From Wolbachia endosymbiont of Cimex lectularius (GTDB lineage: Bacteria > Pseudomonadota > Alphaproteobacteria > Rickettsiales > Anaplasmataceae): a stretch of 32,000 nt of DNA. Each line of letters starts with the position of its first letter. The stretch's first letter is position 1. The notes beneath the pieces were generated by a model that had not been told where the DNA came from, did no database searches, and saw nothing but the letters and a program-made list of their open reading frames with translations. Position numbers and translations under genes: made by a program. The stretch is from the NCBI RefSeq assembly GCF_000829315.1, contig NZ_AP013028.1, forward strand, positions 1,170,001 through 1,202,000, written 5' to 3'. Of the stretch, positions 27,811 to 32,000 are shown piece after piece.

Positions 27811-28288
27811 AGAAACAAAAAAACTACTTGACAACCTGCGCCAGTCCCCTTACAATAGAGTTGTGGGTGTTTTAGACCTAAAATTTATTTTGAATCTTTG
27901 TATTAAGTGACAAAAGCACAGTATAAAACAAGGCGTGTTATGTTTAATTTTTGCAGCATGGATACTGCATGTCTTTATAATTTTTTGCCTACATTAGCTG
28001 GACCTCGCTTATTAAGCGGTGTAAGAGAGAACCGGACGCCAAGTTTTTGAGAGAACAGTAAACAACTCACGTTGCGGGGTTTCGTTTGTCTTTTTTTTTA
28101 ATTAGTTAAAAATTTAACCAATCTCATTTTTTTCACAAAAAAATTGCTTGACAAGTTTCAACGTTTCCCTTATCATGAAATTATGGGTATTTACAACCCT
28201 AAGGTCAGCTACTTGTTAAGCGTATAGAGCATTAACGCCAAGTTATTAAAATAGATATTGACCAGGGCTTCTTTTGCCTTTTTTTCAG
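27811..28288 (+). repeat. Promoter-bearing repeat, locus E (divergent; two modules, each with its own promoter)
   Basis: AGAAACAAAAAAACTAC-TTGACA(27828..27833)-17-TACAAT(27851..27856), and AAAAAAAATTGC-TTGACA(28148..28153)-17-TATCAT(28171..28176). Module ends are GGGGTTTCGTTTGTCTTTTTTTTT (28077..28100) and AGGGCTTCTTTTGCCTTTTTTT (28264..28285). Confidence 0.7.
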
Positions 28289-28382
28289 CTTTTATGCAAG
28301 AAAATAGTCAGATTATAGCAAACTAAGTTTTGATGCAAACGTGGCTTTTCAAAATTTTGCAAAAATCCTTTAATTAGCAGGG

Positions 28383-28409
28383 TTGACTTATTTTTTTAGT
28401 GTTTATAAT
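28383..28409 (+). promoter_or_regulatory. Possible proximal promoter of the sirtuin-like gene
   Basis: TTGACT (28383..28388), 15 nt spacer (short), TATAAT (28404..28409), 30 nt before ATG 28439. Confidence 0.35.
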
Positions 28410-28438
28410 GAAGGTTAGGTTATCAGATAGCATAGGTG

Positions 28439-29482
28439 ATGCGTAATCTTCTGCAAAAATGTTTAATTCTACTAATTCTTAGTATAAATGTCTGTTATGC
28501 GGAGAATGTTTTACTGCAAGCCCCACAAAAAGTTTCTGAAGAAGACATCAATAGAGTAACAGCTAATCATGACAGTAGTATGTGCTTTGCTCAGACAGAA
28601 CCGGGAAAATGGCATGTGAAATGGTGCTGGAACTCTTGTATAGACTCTGGAAATAGCAAATCAGGGTTTCAACTATCCTTTAATGGTGATGATTTAATTA
28701 AAGAATTGACAAAGCAAGAAAATGTCTCGCTCAGCGATAAAGAAGGACAAAAAAATTACGAATACGGTTGTGTAGTTAGTGACAAAAGGTTAAGTAGCAA
28801 AAGATCAAACAATACCTATCATTTTGCTCAAACTTTGTACGTACGAAATGCAACTCCAAATAGGATATCAGTACCACAAGTTGTTAAACTCATCAACGAC
28901 AAGAATGTAGTTTTCTACACTGGTGCTGGAATATCAGCACTAGTAGTGCCAGATGTATCCGAGCTTAATAAACAATTTGGAGTAGCTTTTTACGACCGCA
29001 ACTTAAAGCAAGATGATGCTATTGCACTTATACATAAAATTCTCAAGGAACCAGAAAAGTTTGCGAAAATTATAGACAATTTCTACAAAGCTTGTCTTTA
29101 TGGCATACCAACTTCAGCTCATTACGCAGTGAAGAATATAGCTTTACTTAAAAATTGGCAGCTACTCACTGAAAATGTGGATTTACTTCACCAACGTTCA
29201 GGGATTGAGGTCTTGGGAAACACGGGTGGTAAAATGAATTTTGATTGGTTGATGAATAATATCAAACCAGAGCACTTAAGGCAAATTGATTTTATTGTTA
29301 CCTGCGGACTCAATAGTGACACAGTTGGGTTTCTCGCTTTGTATAAAAAGCATAATCCTAAAGGAAAGATAATTGCAATGAATCTAGTACAACCAAATTA
29401 CTTAGGAGATGATGATATTTTGGTAGCTGGTGATTTGCAAGAAACTTTGCCTGATTTATTTGAGAACTTATCTCGGCTTTAG
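28439..29482 (+). CDS. Secreted/periplasmic SIR2(sirtuin)-fold protein lacking the catalytic His and the Zn module
   Basis: Sec-type signal peptide MRNLLQKCLILLILSINVCYA|EN. Sirtuin motifs are TGAGIS (GAGIS at 28922..28936), LLTENVDLLHQRSG (29171..29203; compare TQNIDxLHxxAG) and a C-terminal LVAGDLQETLPDLFENL. The expected ..ELHG.. reads IEVLGNT, and there are no CxxC pairs. Confidence 0.6.
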   Translation: MRNLLQKCLILLILSINVCYAENVLLQAPQKVSEEDINRVTANHDSSMCFAQTEPGKWHVKWCWNSCIDSGNSKSGFQLSFNGDDLIKELTKQENVSLSDKEGQKNYEYGCVVSDKRLSSKRSNNTYHFAQTLYVRNATPNRISVPQVVKLINDKNVVFYTGAGISALVVPDVSELNKQFGVAFYDRNLKQDDAIALIHKILKEPEKFAKIIDNFYKACLYGIPTSAHYAVKNIALLKNWQLLTENVDLLHQRSGIEVLGNTGGKMNFDWLMNNIKPEHLRQIDFIVTCGLNSDTVGFLALYKKHNPKGKIIAMNLVQPNYLGDDDILVAGDLQETLPDLFENLSRL

Positions 29483-29532
29483 TTGCGTGAGAGCAAAAAC
29501 TTTGCAGAGTTCAAATTGAGAATAACTTATTG

Positions 29533-29561
29533 TTGATAGCTTTAATTTATTAATATATAAT
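29533..29561 (+). promoter_or_regulatory. Putative promoter of the 29590 ORF
   Basis: TTGATA (29533..29538), 17 nt spacer, TATAAT (29556..29561). Chance matches are plausible in AT-rich DNA. Confidence 0.4.
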
Positions 29562-29589
29562 GTATATATACTAGTAAATGGAGCTCAAA

Positions 29590-30087
29590 ATGTACGACAT
29601 ATTTGGTTACTTTCCAAAAAATAACACTTGCAACACACAATCAGATAGAGAAAGTTATCAATACACAAAAAGAGATTACGTAACAATTTACTTCAACAAT
29701 ACATTAGCCAGTCTAGGCAGATCATGGGAAAGTTTTAAAATGGATGCATGTTTAACTATGTATGAAATTGGAACTTGGCTGGAAGAAAAATACAAAAGCT
29801 TTACTGAACGAGTTAAAAAGTACGATTCCCACACCCCAACAGAAAAACCTCCAATTATTGAAGAAATAGAAATGAAGGAACTTAACTGTGCATTTAAAAC
29901 ATTCCGAACTCCGCCTATTCATCCAGCAAGCAGCAATCCTGGCGCCAATGACCTAAAGCAAGTTGTTGTTACTCGACACGCACCTCAAGTTACTCAACAA
30001 AATAGATTAGGTCCTTTAATGCACGATCGTATCTATTATGCAGTTGTATGTTGCTACTTGGATAACATCTTTTCGTGCTTGGAATAG
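29590..30087 (+). CDS. Hypothetical protein (orphan, no recognisable domain)
   Basis: The start is set at ATG 29590 (GGAG 6 nt upstream); the ORF track starts at 29578. The C-terminus is Cys-rich and hydrophobic (IYYAVVCCYLDNIFSCLE). Confidence 0.45.
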   Translation: MYDIFGYFPKNNTCNTQSDRESYQYTKRDYVTIYFNNTLASLGRSWESFKMDACLTMYEIGTWLEEKYKSFTERVKKYDSHTPTEKPPIIEEIEMKELNCAFKTFRTPPIHPASSNPGANDLKQVVVTRHAPQVTQQNRLGPLMHDRIYYAVVCCYLDNIFSCLE

Positions 30088-30129
30088 AGTTTGCTATAAA
30101 ATGAACTACATTAAAGACAGTCATCATAA

Positions 30130-32000
<1,871 letters not shown>

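Overview
AT-rich Rickettsiales-type chromosome segment, most consistent with a Wolbachia endosymbiont. This is inferred from an ankyrin-repeat gene, IS5-family (ISWpi-like) elements, dense GTCATTCCAGCG/CGCTGGAATGAC hairpin repeats and a compact housekeeping set; I could not run any search. The backbone genes are topA, ppiD-like, dusB, serS, purD, guaA, recR, trpS, grpE, ispB, rpsP, acpS, proS, PBP2 (mrdA), mreB and a partial M32 carboxypeptidase homologue. Between them sit accessory, effector-like genes. These are a membrane-anchored OTU-like cysteine protease, a signal-peptide-bearing sirtuin-fold protein lacking the catalytic His, and a disordered protein with paired N-terminal TM helices and a Pro10 tract. 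Two further disordered ORFs share its C-terminal tail motif; one of them has two in-frame TAA stops. There is also a frameshifted KAP-type P-loop NTPase, a small RAMA-like orphan and a tail-anchored ankyrin protein. The most unusual non-coding signal is a dispersed repeat family carrying a near-consensus sigma70-type promoter with an invariant 17-nt spacer. It has five intact copies plus one copy split by an IS. In the long copies the promoter is followed by conserved palindromes and tandem ~135-143-nt T-rich-ended modules, and most copies point at the next gene. No tRNA, rRNA or CRISPR array was recognised. All functional calls rest on motif recognition by eye and need HMM/BLAST/structure confirmation.
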